A stretch of DNA of 63,860 nucleotides from positions 1 to 63,860 of the forward strand of contig CAZJFQ010000005.1 in the NCBI GenBank assembly GCA_964545335.1, in the 5' to 3' direction. The stretch comes from an uncultured Gammaproteobacteria bacterium (lineage in GTDB: Bacteria; Pseudomonadota; Gammaproteobacteria; Steroidobacterales; CAZJFQ01). Made by a program: the position numbers and the translations under genes. Positions within the stretch are counted from its first letter, which is position 1, and the number at the start of each line of letters is the position of its first letter. The notes under the pieces are model-generated. The model did not search any database. It worked only from the letters and a program-made list of their open reading frames with translations, and had not been told where the DNA came from. Of this stretch, positions 43,469 to 54,793 are shown in pieces.

Positions 43469-44119
43469 TCACCGGGGCGCCTCAAGTACAGCGCTCAGTC
43501 GTCTATAAACTTCACCGACTGTACCGTCAGCATCGATTCTGCGAAGCAGTCCGGCCGCATCGTAATAGTGAATCAACGGTTCGGTTTGCGAGCGATAGAC
43601 TTCGAGACGATTCTGAATGGTATCCTCGTTGTCATCCGCACGCTGGATGAGCTTGCCGCTACACTGATCGCAAACACCGTCTTCAGAGGGGGGTGAGAAA
43701 TACACGTTGCATACATGACCACATCGGTCACAGGTGCGGCGACCAGTCAGTCGTCGGAACAGAACCTCCTGATCGACATGCAAAAGGACGGCAGCATCCA
43801 ACGGCTGTTGGATTTCAGCCAGCAACAGGGATAACGCTTCTGCCTGTGCGGTGTTGCGCGGAAACCCGTCAAGAATGAATCCGCCTGCGGTGTCCGGTCG
43901 CGTCAGACGCTCGCGAATGATTCCAAGCACGATGTCATCGGCAACGAGTTCACCGGCCGCCATGACTGATTTTGCTCTCGCTCCCAGCTCAGAACCCGAG
44001 GCGACCGCCCCCCGCAGGAGATCGCCGGTAGAGATCTGCGGTATCCCCCGGTCCGATACAAGTTTCTGAGCCTGTGTTCCCTTTCCCGAGCCGGGGGCAC
44101 CCAGCAATACCAGTCGCAT
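43469..44119 (-). CDS. adk: Adenylate kinase with Zn-binding LID
   Basis: GAPGSGKGT, ISTGDLLR, DGFPR, CDRC...CDQC LID, RADD. Confidence 0.97.
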   Translation of the reverse strand: MRLVLLGAPGSGKGTQAQKLVSDRGIPQISTGDLLRGAVASGSELGARAKSVMAAGELVADDIVLGIIRERLTRPDTAGGFILDGFPRNTAQAEALSLLLAEIQQPLDAAVLLHVDQEVLFRRLTGRRTCDRCGHVCNVYFSPPSEDGVCDQCSGKLIQRADDNEDTIQNRLEVYRSQTEPLIHYYDAAGLLRRIDADGTVGEVYRRLSAVLEAPR

Positions 44120-44261
44120 TGTTGTTTCCTTTGCCGCCGCAATTGCGCCGCTGCCCGGACATGGACGACTACGCTACTGTCCGTCCGGCCTGTCGTCAAC
44201 GTACATGCAGCAGTCAGGCAGATACGATATCCTCACCCGCCGCGAGTTGAGGGAGCTCTCG

Positions 44262-45524
44262 ATGACAGGACGAAATGCGTTTTATGCTCAGTCGGGCGGA
44301 GTAACCGCCGTCATAAATACGACAGCCTGCGGTGTGATCGAGACCGCTCGCAAACATCGAAAGCAGATTCGCAATGTCTATGCGGGTCGCAATGGCATTA
44401 TCGGTGCCCTGACGGAAGACCTCATTGATACCGGCAAGGAGAGTGCACGTTCCATCGCCGCACTGAAACATACGCCCGGCGGTGCTTTCGGAACGGCACG
44501 TTACAAACTCAAGGGGCTGGATGAAAACCGGGCCGAGTACGAGCGCCTCATCGAAGTCCTGAGGGCGCACGATATTGGATATTTTTTCTACAACGGTGGC
44601 GGCGACTCGATGGACACGGCACACAAAGTATCGCAGCTCAGCCAGCGCATGGACTATCCGATGACCTGCGTCGGGATCCCGAAAACTGTCGACAACGACC
44701 TGCCTGTGACCGATAACTGTCCCGGTTTTGGTTCCGTAGCCAAGTACATCGCAGTATCCACCCGTGAAGCGGCATTGGACGTACGATCCATGGCACGTAC
44801 GTCGACCAAAGTGTTTGTTCTCGAAGTCATGGGCCGACATGCGGGCTGGATTGCGGCGGCAGCCGGGCTCGCCGGCACCCGGCCTGCGGAGCCGCCACAT
44901 CTTATTCTGTTTCCCGAAGTCCCTTTCAATCGCAGGCAATTCCTGGCCCGCGTCCGCGACTGTGTCGAGCGCTACGAGTATTGCGTCATCGTCGTATCGG
45001 AGGGTGCCCGGTACCGCAACGGAAAGTTTCTTGCCGATGCAGGCAGCCGGGATGCTTTCGGTCACGTTCAACTCGGCGGCGTCGGACCGGTTGTCGCAAA
45101 CATGATCAAACAGAGCCTCGGGTACAAGTATCACTGGGCAGTCGCAGACTACCTGCAAAGATCAGCCCGACACATCGCCTCTGCCGTCGATGTCAAACAA
45201 GCCTACGCTGTCGGCCGGGCCGCAGTCGAGTATGCCGTGCGCGGTTGCAATGCGGTGATGCCAGCAATCGTACGCGTGTCTGATAAGCCGTACCGCTGGA
45301 AGATCGCTGCTGTCAGTTTGGCGAAAGTGGCCAACCGGGAAAAGATGATGCCCGCTCGCTACATCCGCCGTGACGGTTTTGGCATCACCGCCTCCTGCCG
45401 GCGGTATCTGCAACCTCTGATTCGTGGTGAAGACTATCCGCCCTATCATGACGGTCTGCCGGTGTATGCGGAGCTCAGAAACGCACCCGTTAAGCGAAAG
45501 CTAAACACCGATTTTGTGCTATGA
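44262..45524 (+). CDS. pfp: 6-phosphofructokinase, pyrophosphate-dependent type
   Basis: AQSGGVTAVIN, NGGGDS (Asp at the E. coli G104 position), PKTVDND (Lys at G124), EVMGRHAG; GGGAG RBS. Confidence 0.88.
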   Translation: MTGRNAFYAQSGGVTAVINTTACGVIETARKHRKQIRNVYAGRNGIIGALTEDLIDTGKESARSIAALKHTPGGAFGTARYKLKGLDENRAEYERLIEVLRAHDIGYFFYNGGGDSMDTAHKVSQLSQRMDYPMTCVGIPKTVDNDLPVTDNCPGFGSVAKYIAVSTREAALDVRSMARTSTKVFVLEVMGRHAGWIAAAAGLAGTRPAEPPHLILFPEVPFNRRQFLARVRDCVERYEYCVIVVSEGARYRNGKFLADAGSRDAFGHVQLGGVGPVVANMIKQSLGYKYHWAVADYLQRSARHIASAVDVKQAYAVGRAAVEYAVRGCNAVMPAIVRVSDKPYRWKIAAVSLAKVANREKMMPARYIRRDGFGITASCRRYLQPLIRGEDYPPYHDGLPVYAELRNAPVKRKLNTDFVL

Positions 45525-45528
45525 TTGC

Positions 45529-45553
45529 GCGCCTCGCGGGCCAGGGGCGCTTT
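45529..45553 (+). terminator. Possible weak intrinsic terminator after pfp
   Basis: GCGCCTC-8 nt-GGGGCGC followed by TTT; the U-tract is short. Confidence 0.35.
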
Positions 45554-45712
45554 AGCCTTTGGCCCGGCTTGCTAATTGTCTGATAACAAAAGGGACAAAC
45601 AGGCAACAGCGGCAGGCGATCGCAGATCCCGAAACAAATCCTGGACTGATTATTCTGTCCGGGCCCGCACGGGTCTGGCGACGCCGAATACAGGATTTGG
45701 AGGTCCGACTAC

Positions 45713-47737
45713 ATGTCTATGGATAACGGTTTGTTGTTCTCCCTGGCGGCCGGTGTGCTCGCGGTCCTTTACGCCGTATTTTCGGTCCGCTGGGTACTGT
45801 CACGCCCTACCGGGAATGAACGCATGCGGACGATCGCACTCGCGATTCAGGAAGGGGCGAGAGCCTATTTGAACCGGCAGTACATGGCGATCACCGTCGT
45901 CGGTCTGGTCCTCTTCATCGTCCTCGGCATTGCGCTGCATGACTGGTGGACCGCGATAGGCTTTGCTATCGGCGCGGTGCTGTCAGGGATGACCGGCTAT
46001 TTCGGGATGCTGATCTCGGTTCGTGCCAATGTCCGTACCGCTGAGGCAGCCAGTGGTGGCATCAATGCTGCGCTGGCGGTAGCGTTCCGGGGCGGAGCGA
46101 TTACCGGCATGCTGGTCGTTGGCCTGGCATTGATCGGCGTTGCCGGGTATTTCTGGCTGCTGAGGATTTACGGTCCCGAAGGACACGCAGTTCAAGCACT
46201 TGTGGGGCTGGCCTTTGGCGGTTCGCTGATCTCGATATTCGCCCGGCTGGGTGGCGGCATTTTCACCAAGGGCGCCGATGTCGGTGCCGATCTGGTTGGC
46301 AAGATCGAGGCGGGTATCCCGGAAGACGATCCCAGAAATCCGGCCGTGATCGCTGACAATGTCGGCGACAACGTCGGTGATTGTGCAGGCATGGCGGCGG
46401 ATCTGTTTGAAACCTACGCCGTGACGATCATTGCCACGATGCTTTTGGGCGGACTGTTGTTTGCGGAGGCGGCCGATCAGGCCGTGCTATATCCGCTCGT
46501 GCTCGGCGGTGCGTCCATTATCGCTTCGATTATCGGTACGTTTTTCGTCCGTGCCGGAGAAGGCCGCAAAATAATGAGCGCTCTGTACAAGGGCGTCATC
46601 GTTTCCGGTGTGCTGGCCGGTGTTGCCTTCTACTTTATTACCGACTCACTGATGAGCGGTATCGACGGTATCAATACGATGATGTTATGGGGCGCTTCGC
46701 TGATCGGGCTCGGGCTGACAGCAGCCATGGTCATTATCACCGAGTACTACACCGGTACCGATTTCAAGCCTGTCCGCAAGATTGCCGAAGCATCACTGAC
46801 CGGTCACGCGACCAACATCATCGCCGGTCTTGGCGTTTCGATGAAATCCACGGCGTTGCCGGTCATTGCCGTGTGCCTGAGTATATGGGGCGCATACGAG
46901 TTCGCCGGCCTGTACGGAATTGCTATCAGTGCAACCACCATGTTGTCTATGACAGGCATGATCGTGGCACTGGATGCATATGGCCCGATTACCGACAATG
47001 CAGGCGGCATCGCCGAGATGGCCGAACTGCCCGCCGATATTCGAAACATCACCGACGCGCTCGATGCGGTTGGCAACACGACCAAGGCTGTGACAAAAGG
47101 CTATGCCATCGGCTCAGCCGGACTCGCGGCGCTCGTACTTTTCGCTGACTACACCCATGCACTCGAGAGCGCGGGTCACGTCATCGAGTTCCTGCTCGAG
47201 GATCACATGGTCATCATCGGGCTTTTTATCGGCGGACTTGTGCCCTATCTGTTTGCCGCGCTGGCTATGGAAGCCGTAGGACGTGCGGCCGGCGCCGTAG
47301 TAAACGAGGTCCGTCGACAGTTTCGGGAAATCGACGGCATCATGGAAGGCACGGCGCGACCCGATTATTCGCGGGCCGTCGATCTGCTTACTCGCGCCGC
47401 TATCCGGGAAATGGTCGTACCATCATTGTTACCGGTGGCGGTACCGGTAGTCGTCGGATTGTTGCTCGGGCCCAAGGCCCTCGGCGGCGTCCTCGTGGGC
47501 ACTATCATCACCGGTATCTTTGTCGCCATATCGATGACGGTCGGTGGCGGCGCCTGGGACAACGCAAAGAAGTATATCGAGGATGGAAACTTCGGTGGCA
47601 AGGGTTCCGCTGCGCACCATGCCGCAATCACGGGCGACATGGTCGGTGATCCCTATAAGGACACAGCCGGCCCGGCAATCAATCCGCTGATCAAGATCAT
47701 CAACATAGTGGCACTCCTGATCGTTCCGATACTCTGA
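45713..47737 (+). CDS. hppA: Membrane-bound H+-translocating pyrophosphatase, K+-independent type
   Basis: [50 protein letters not shown] (Lys marks K+-independence), [16 protein letters not shown]. Confidence 0.95.
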   Translation: MSMDNGLLFSLAAGVLAVLYAVFSVRWVLSRPTGNERMRTIALAIQEGARAYLNRQYMAITVVGLVLFIVLGIALHDWWTAIGFAIGAVLSGMTGYFGMLISVRANVRTAEAASGGINAALAVAFRGGAITGMLVVGLALIGVAGYFWLLRIYGPEGHAVQALVGLAFGGSLISIFARLGGGIFTKGADVGADLVGKIEAGIPEDDPRNPAVIADNVGDNVGDCAGMAADLFETYAVTIIATMLLGGLLFAEAADQAVLYPLVLGGASIIASIIGTFFVRAGEGRKIMSALYKGVIVSGVLAGVAFYFITDSLMSGIDGINTMMLWGASLIGLGLTAAMVIITEYYTGTDFKPVRKIAEASLTGHATNIIAGLGVSMKSTALPVIAVCLSIWGAYEFAGLYGIAISATTMLSMTGMIVALDAYGPITDNAGGIAEMAELPADIRNITDALDAVGNTTKAVTKGYAIGSAGLAALVLFADYTHALESAGHVIEFLLEDHMVIIGLFIGGLVPYLFAALAMEAVGRAAGAVVNEVRRQFREIDGIMEGTARPDYSRAVDLLTRAAIREMVVPSLLPVAVPVVVGLLLGPKALGGVLVGTIITGIFVAISMTVGGGAWDNAKKYIEDGNFGGKGSAAHHAAITGDMVGDPYKDTAGPAINPLIKIINIVALLIVPIL

Positions 47738-47746
47738 GCGGAACAA

Positions 47747-47788
47747 TCGAGGCTCTAGGCCATAGGCCTCAGACCCTAGGGGTAAGGG
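47747..47788. repeat. Highly degenerate heptanucleotide array (6 units, consensus near NNTAGGC)
   Basis: TCGAGGC TCTAGGC CATAGGC CTCAGAC CCTAGGG GTAAGGG. Confidence 0.65.
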
Positions 47789-47810
47789 GACCGCAACGCG
47801 GTCCCTTTTT
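47787..47810 (+). terminator. Rho-independent terminator of hppA
   Basis: GGGACCGC-AAC-GCGGTCCC-TTTTT. Confidence 0.88.
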
Positions 47811-47853
47811 GTTTGGCGGCATATCTAGCGCCGAGCGCCTGCAAGAATGGCAT

Positions 47854-50142
47854 CTACTGCAAAGCTTGCAACGGTTGCGGCCGCCCAAGCACGAACCCCT
47901 GGGCAAAATGTGCGCCCATGTCGCGTACTGTAGCAAGCGATCTGGCATCCTCGATCTGCTCCGCGATGACGTGAATCCCAAGTGTGCTCGCGAGCTTTAT
48001 GACGGCGGCCACCATGGCCTGATTGACGGAATCCTTGTACAGGTCTCTCGTCAACGAACCGTCGATCTTGAGATAGTCCATGGCGAGATTACGGAGACTG
48101 GAAAAGGACCCCATACCGCTGCCGAAATCATCCAGAGCAAACCGGCATCCCATGCCGTGCAGGACACCGATAAACCGGCGCGCGTGCTTTATATTGCTCA
48201 ATACCGACGATTCGGTAACCTCAAAACAGACCTGGCTGCCAATAACGCCGGTGCGATCAAGACAATCGACGACGAATTCTAAAAACCCAGGGTCACCGAG
48301 AGTTTGTCCCGACAGATTGATCGAAACACCCCCCTCTTCCGCGGCACGCAACGCGCCACTGCTCAGAGCGGCAAATGTAGTCTGTACTACCCAGCGATCC
48401 ACCGCCGGCATGAGGCTGTATCGCTCGGCCGCTCGCATGAATTCCTCGGGAGAATATTCCACGCCGGTCTCGTCCCGCATCCGCAGCAGCACTTCGACCG
48501 CCGGTCCGTTTTCGATCGCATTCAGCGCGCGAATCGGCTGCACGTAGAGTTCGAACCGGTTTTCCTTCAATGCGCTCTGCAACCGCTGCAACCACTGTAT
48601 TTCACCGCGGTGCCTCGCGATCGCTTCGTCACGAGCCGAATAAACGTGAACACGGCCCCGCCCCTGCTGCTTGGCGACGTAACAGGCCGAATCCGCCGCG
48701 CTGAGAACATCCTCAACATTGCCGCTTTCATGTCCCATTTCAACCAGACCAATACTTGCGCCGACATTGAAGATCCGGTCGCGCCAGACGAATCGATAAT
48801 CCCGGATGGCGACACAAACATCGTCGCTGATCTGGCGGGCTTTCTCCAGCGGACAACCGATCAGCAACATGCCAAACTCGTCGCCGCCGATGCGGGCAAC
48901 CGAGTCTGAATCGCGAACCTTGTCCTTGATCAACCCAGCGACTTCGCGCAGGACATTATCACCGGCAATATGCCCGCAGGTGTCATTGATTACCTTGAAC
49001 CGATCGAGGTCGAGATAACAGAGGACGTGGCTGGTCTCACTTGCCTGCGCTGCCGCCAGCGTATCCTCCAGACGCCGCTCAAACTCGCGCCGATTGACCA
49101 GCCCGGTCAGCGGATCATGACTGGCCTGATACGATATCTGGCGCGTCATTCCCCTGAGTTCCGTAACGTCGTGCAGGATGACTACGGCGCCTGTGATCTC
49201 GCCACCGCGCCGCACCGGCGAAGCGGTCAGGTCGACTGAACATTCGTCATCGCTGCCTTTCGACAACAGGAGCGCGCGACGGCCCAGATTGATGCGTTTC
49301 CGCTCGCTGAGACAACGCTGTATCGGATCGCCGAGCGACTTGCGATCGATCTCATCGACCAGTGTGACGATTTCCGTCAACCGCTTACCGACGCTGTCGA
49401 CGGGTGATGCACCTGTCAGTTCCGCCGCTGCACTGTTCATATAGTCAATCCGGCCGTTGTCGTCCGCCGTGATTACGCCCTCGGCGATGGACTCGAGAGT
49501 GACGTGAGCCTGTTCCTGGCCGCTCTCCAACGCGTCTTCCATCGTCTTCTGATGGCGAATATCGAATGCTGTCGCCAGCACGGCTGATTCACCCATATAC
49601 TCAATCAGAGCTCCGGCGGCCTCGACCCAGATACCGTCACCGGACCGGTCCAGCAACTGAACCTCGTAGGAGTCCGGGATTGCCTCCCCACGCAGGCGTT
49701 TACGCGTGTAATCCAGCACATCGTTGCGGAAGTCAGGGTGTACGAGGTCCGTGATCGGCCGGCCAATGAGATCCTCCTGACGGACACCACGCAATGATGC
49801 TGCCCGCGCATTGGCGTAAAGAATGATGTGATCGCGGTGGATCACGATTGCCTCGTGCACCGCATCGGCGAGCTTCATGAAAATCTCCTCGCGTTCGTGG
49901 ACTTTTTTGTCCTTTTCCGCGAGCAATGACAGCAAACGGTTCAGGTTACTGCCCAGACTTCCGAGGGTGCTCCCGTCGCCGGCAGGCAAGCGCTCGTCAT
50001 ACCTGCCTTCGTAAGCAATGCGGGCGAGATCCGAACTGAGCCTCGATATGCGTCTGAGTATGCTCCGCCTGGCGAGAAACAGGAGCAACGCCAACAGGAG
50101 TAGTCCGACAATACTTGCAATCGTTATTTCATTTGCCGGCAT
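47854..50142 (-). CDS. Membrane-anchored PAS-PAS-GGDEF-EAL c-di-GMP signalling protein
   Basis: N-terminal TM helix, two PAS-like segments, HDPLTGLVNRR, RDSD I-site, GGDEF, EVLLR, DDFGSG, YLKIDGS. Confidence 0.93.
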   Translation of the reverse strand: MPANEITIASIVGLLLLALLLFLARRSILRRISRLSSDLARIAYEGRYDERLPAGDGSTLGSLGSNLNRLLSLLAEKDKKVHEREEIFMKLADAVHEAIVIHRDHIILYANARAASLRGVRQEDLIGRPITDLVHPDFRNDVLDYTRKRLRGEAIPDSYEVQLLDRSGDGIWVEAAGALIEYMGESAVLATAFDIRHQKTMEDALESGQEQAHVTLESIAEGVITADDNGRIDYMNSAAAELTGASPVDSVGKRLTEIVTLVDEIDRKSLGDPIQRCLSERKRINLGRRALLLSKGSDDECSVDLTASPVRRGGEITGAVVILHDVTELRGMTRQISYQASHDPLTGLVNRREFERRLEDTLAAAQASETSHVLCYLDLDRFKVINDTCGHIAGDNVLREVAGLIKDKVRDSDSVARIGGDEFGMLLIGCPLEKARQISDDVCVAIRDYRFVWRDRIFNVGASIGLVEMGHESGNVEDVLSAADSACYVAKQQGRGRVHVYSARDEAIARHRGEIQWLQRLQSALKENRFELYVQPIRALNAIENGPAVEVLLRMRDETGVEYSPEEFMRAAERYSLMPAVDRWVVQTTFAALSSGALRAAEEGGVSINLSGQTLGDPGFLEFVVDCLDRTGVIGSQVCFEVTESSVLSNIKHARRFIGVLHGMGCRFALDDFGSGMGSFSSLRNLAMDYLKIDGSLTRDLYKDSVNQAMVAAVIKLASTLGIHVIAEQIEDARSLATVRDMGAHFAQGFVLGRPQPLQALQ

Positions 50143-50158
50143 CTAGGGGCTTCGTTCC

Positions 50159-52109
<1,951 letters not shown>

Positions 52110-52132
52110 ATTGGTGCATCGTAGACAGATTC

Positions 52133-52161
52133 ACCATAATGCAGAGTTGTCGCCTTGTCAC
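52133..52161 (-). promoter_or_regulatory. Putative sigma70 promoter of thiC
   Basis: GTGACA-17 nt-TATGGT on the minus strand. Confidence 0.4.
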
Positions 52162-52226
52162 CTGCCCGTTTTGAACGTAATCTGTGGCGCCCGCAGCGGC
52201 GGCAGAATACCTTTCTAAGCACAAAC

Positions 52227-52883
52227 ATGAGCACAAATTTCGAACTCGCGCGCAGCCGCATGATCGAGCAGCAGATCCGCGCCTGGCAGGTATTGGACCA
52301 GCGCGTTCTGGAGACGATGAAATCGGTGCCGCGCGAGGATTTCGTTCCCGCCAAGTACCGCCGGCTGGCGTTTGCCGATATGAACCTGCCACTGGGACAT
52401 GGAGAGGTCATGATGGCTCCGAAGATCGAAGGCCGTTTGCTGCAGGCTCTCGCTCTGACTGGCACCGAGGATGTGCTGGAAATCGGTACCGGATCCGGCT
52501 TTCTGACCGCCTGTCTTGCCGCTCTCAGTAACAGCGTTCACACGATTGATATTTACCCGGAGTTCGTCGAGACCGCGACCGATCGCCTCGCCAATCACAC
52601 TGCGGGCAACGTTTCATCTGAGTGTCTGGACGCGAGCAACCTGCCGCAAGAACTTCGGTTCGATGCCATTGCCGTGACCGCTTCTTTGCCGATCTATGAC
52701 GATCGCTATGCACGTGCCTTGAATCCCGGCGGGCGGCTGTTTGTCATTACAGGCGATTCGCCTGCTATGGAAGCTCAGTGCATTACCCGTGTCGGTGGTA
52801 ACGAATGGGATCACGACAGCCTGTTCGAGACTGACATTCCACCGCTGATCAATGCGCCGACGCAGCCTTTGTTCACTTTCTGA
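52227..52883 (+). CDS. pcm: Protein-L-isoaspartate O-methyltransferase
   Basis: ARSRMIEQQIR, VPREDFVP, VLEIGTGSGF, SLFET. Confidence 0.92.
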   Translation: MSTNFELARSRMIEQQIRAWQVLDQRVLETMKSVPREDFVPAKYRRLAFADMNLPLGHGEVMMAPKIEGRLLQALALTGTEDVLEIGTGSGFLTACLAALSNSVHTIDIYPEFVETATDRLANHTAGNVSSECLDASNLPQELRFDAIAVTASLPIYDDRYARALNPGGRLFVITGDSPAMEAQCITRVGGNEWDHDSLFETDIPPLINAPTQPLFTF

Positions 52884-52888
52884 CCGAG

Positions 52889-53221
52889 GTGGCCGGAATG
52901 CCAGTAACCGACATCACAGCTGCCGAATACAAGAACCGGCTGACACGAGGCGATTACGCCGTACTGCTCGACGTACGGGAAAACTGGGAATATCAGCGGG
53001 TACATGTCGCCGGCTCAACGCATATCCCGATGGATCAGATTCCCGAGCGTCTCGGCGAACTCGACAAGTCGGCGACCGTTGTGGTGATGTGTCATACGGG
53101 TGGCCGCAGCCTGGCCATCGCCGGATTATTGCAACAAAACGGGTTTGCCGCGGTCCTGAATCTCAAGGGCGGTATCGACGCCTGGGCGCAGTCCGTCGAT
53201 CCCGGCTTACCCCGCTACTGA
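52889..53221 (+). CDS. Single-domain rhodanese-like protein
   Basis: LLDVRENWE, active-site CHTGGRS, NLKGGIDAW. Confidence 0.92.
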   Translation: MAGMPVTDITAAEYKNRLTRGDYAVLLDVRENWEYQRVHVAGSTHIPMDQIPERLGELDKSATVVVMCHTGGRSLAIAGLLQQNGFAAVLNLKGGIDAWAQSVDPGLPRY

Positions 53222-53386
53222 CGGGCAGAACGCCGGTCGCACCACGCCCGGCTATCATACTCAAACTAAAATCAGCCCTCGCGCATCTACCGTGCAGGAT
53301 TTAATTCTCACCGATTTGGTGATATAGTTGACTAATACACTATGTAAATCAAAACTAACTGCTTGATTTAAAAAAGGAACCCACCC

Positions 53387-54793
53387 ATGAACAGCTTTAG
53401 AAACCGCCTGCTGGTGGCTGTGCTGGTATTTTTCGCGCTTCCGCAAGTCCACGCCGACAGCCTCGAGGAAGTCTATCAACTGGCCCTGCAGAATGACCCG
53501 GCGCTTAAGGAGGCTTATGCCAGCCTGCAAGCGGCCCTTGAGACCAAACCGCAGGCACGCAGTGCTCTGTTGCCGCAACTCAATTTCTTTGGTAACTACA
53601 CGGACGACGAATCGACCAGCAACAGCACATTCCTGCAGGTGAATCCGGCGACTGGCGAAACAACCATTGTCCCAAATACACAGGAGGCGGAATCCAGGGG
53701 GTTAATCTGGAACGTCCAGCTGCAACAGTCTATTTTCAACTACGACCAGTGGGTCCAGCTCAAACAAGCCAGCAAGACGGTCGCGCAGGCGCAGGCCGAC
53801 TACAAAGCCGCCGAGCAGGATCTGATCGTGCGAGTTGCGCAACGGTACTTTGACGTTCTTGGTGCCCGCGACACGCTCGACGCAACTGAGGCTGCAAAAG
53901 AGGCGATTGCACGCCAGTTGGAACAATCGGAAAAACGATTTGAGGTCGGGCTGATTGCCATTACCGACGTGCAGGAATCACAGGCAGCTTACGACCGATC
54001 GGTCGCAGCAGTCATTGCAGCCCATAGAGTTCTCGCCATTGCGCGCGAATTCCTGCGCGAGATCACCGGTGTCTATTTTGAGGGCCTGCAAACACCATCT
54101 GAGGAAATGCCCCTGTTGTCGCCCGATCCGGCCAACCAAGAAGATTGGGTGACCACGGCCAATGACCAGAATCTCGCCCTTATCTCCAGCCGTCTTGGTG
54201 CGGAAATTGCCCGGGAAGAGATCAAGGTCCGACGCTCCGGTCACTTCCCGACACTCGATCTGATCCTTACGCACCGGGAGCAGGACTTCGATGTCGATCA
54301 GGTCAATACGCGAGAAGACCCGACGATGGGACCGATTACGAGTGCCGGCCCGGCGGATTTTGACACCGAGAACGACACCATCTCGCTGCAATTCAACGTA
54401 CCGATCTACTCAGGCGGCAATACGTCGTCTCGGGTCCGGGAAGCCAACTATCAATACCAGGCGGCCAAGCAGCAGTTGATACGAGTGGCGCGGCAAACCG
54501 AGCGAGAGACACGCGACGCCTATCTCAGTGTGATCTCGGACATCTCGCAGGTGCACTCCTTAAAGCAAGCGCTCGCCTCGAGTGAGACCGCGTTACGGGC
54601 CACACAGGCCGGGTACGAAGTAGGCACGAGAACGACTGTAGACGTACTGGACGGACGGCGGAGTCTGTTCCAGGCGCAAACGGACTACGCCATCAGCCGG
54701 TATGCCTACATCGTCAATGTGATGCGATTGAAAAGCGCGGCGGGAATCTTGCAGAACCAGGACGTGAGCGACGTCAATCGCTGGCTTCAGTAA
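53387..54793 (+). CDS. tolC: TolC family outer membrane channel
   Basis: Signal peptide, LALQNDP, VAQRYFDVL, GHFPTLD, GYEVGTRTTVDVL. Confidence 0.94.
   Translation: MNSFRNRLLVAVLVFFALPQVHADSLEEVYQLALQNDPALKEAYASLQAALETKPQARSALLPQLNFFGNYTDDESTSNSTFLQVNPATGETTIVPNTQEAESRGLIWNVQLQQSIFNYDQWVQLKQASKTVAQAQADYKAAEQDLIVRVAQRYFDVLGARDTLDATEAAKEAIARQLEQSEKRFEVGLIAITDVQESQAAYDRSVAAVIAAHRVLAIAREFLREITGVYFEGLQTPSEEMPLLSPDPANQEDWVTTANDQNLALISSRLGAEIAREEIKVRRSGHFPTLDLILTHREQDFDVDQVNTREDPTMGPITSAGPADFDTENDTISLQFNVPIYSGGNTSSRVREANYQYQAAKQQLIRVARQTERETRDAYLSVISDISQVHSLKQALASSETALRATQAGYEVGTRTTVDVLDGRRSLFQAQTDYAISRYAYIVNVMRLKSAAGILQNQDVSDVNRWLQ

Noticed and set aside
44214-45158. 314-aa antisense ORF opposite pfp, and similar long shadow ORFs (e.g. 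21775-22593, 22869-23603, 39820-40617, 41281-42096, 54921-55580, 35887-36573)
   Set aside because: They overlap well-supported genes, show no recognisable motifs, and are expected from GC-rich codon bias.
45554-45712. Possible c-di-GMP riboswitch or sRNA between pfp and hppA
   Set aside because: No consensus motif and only short, unconvincing stems; more likely a promoter and 5' UTR.
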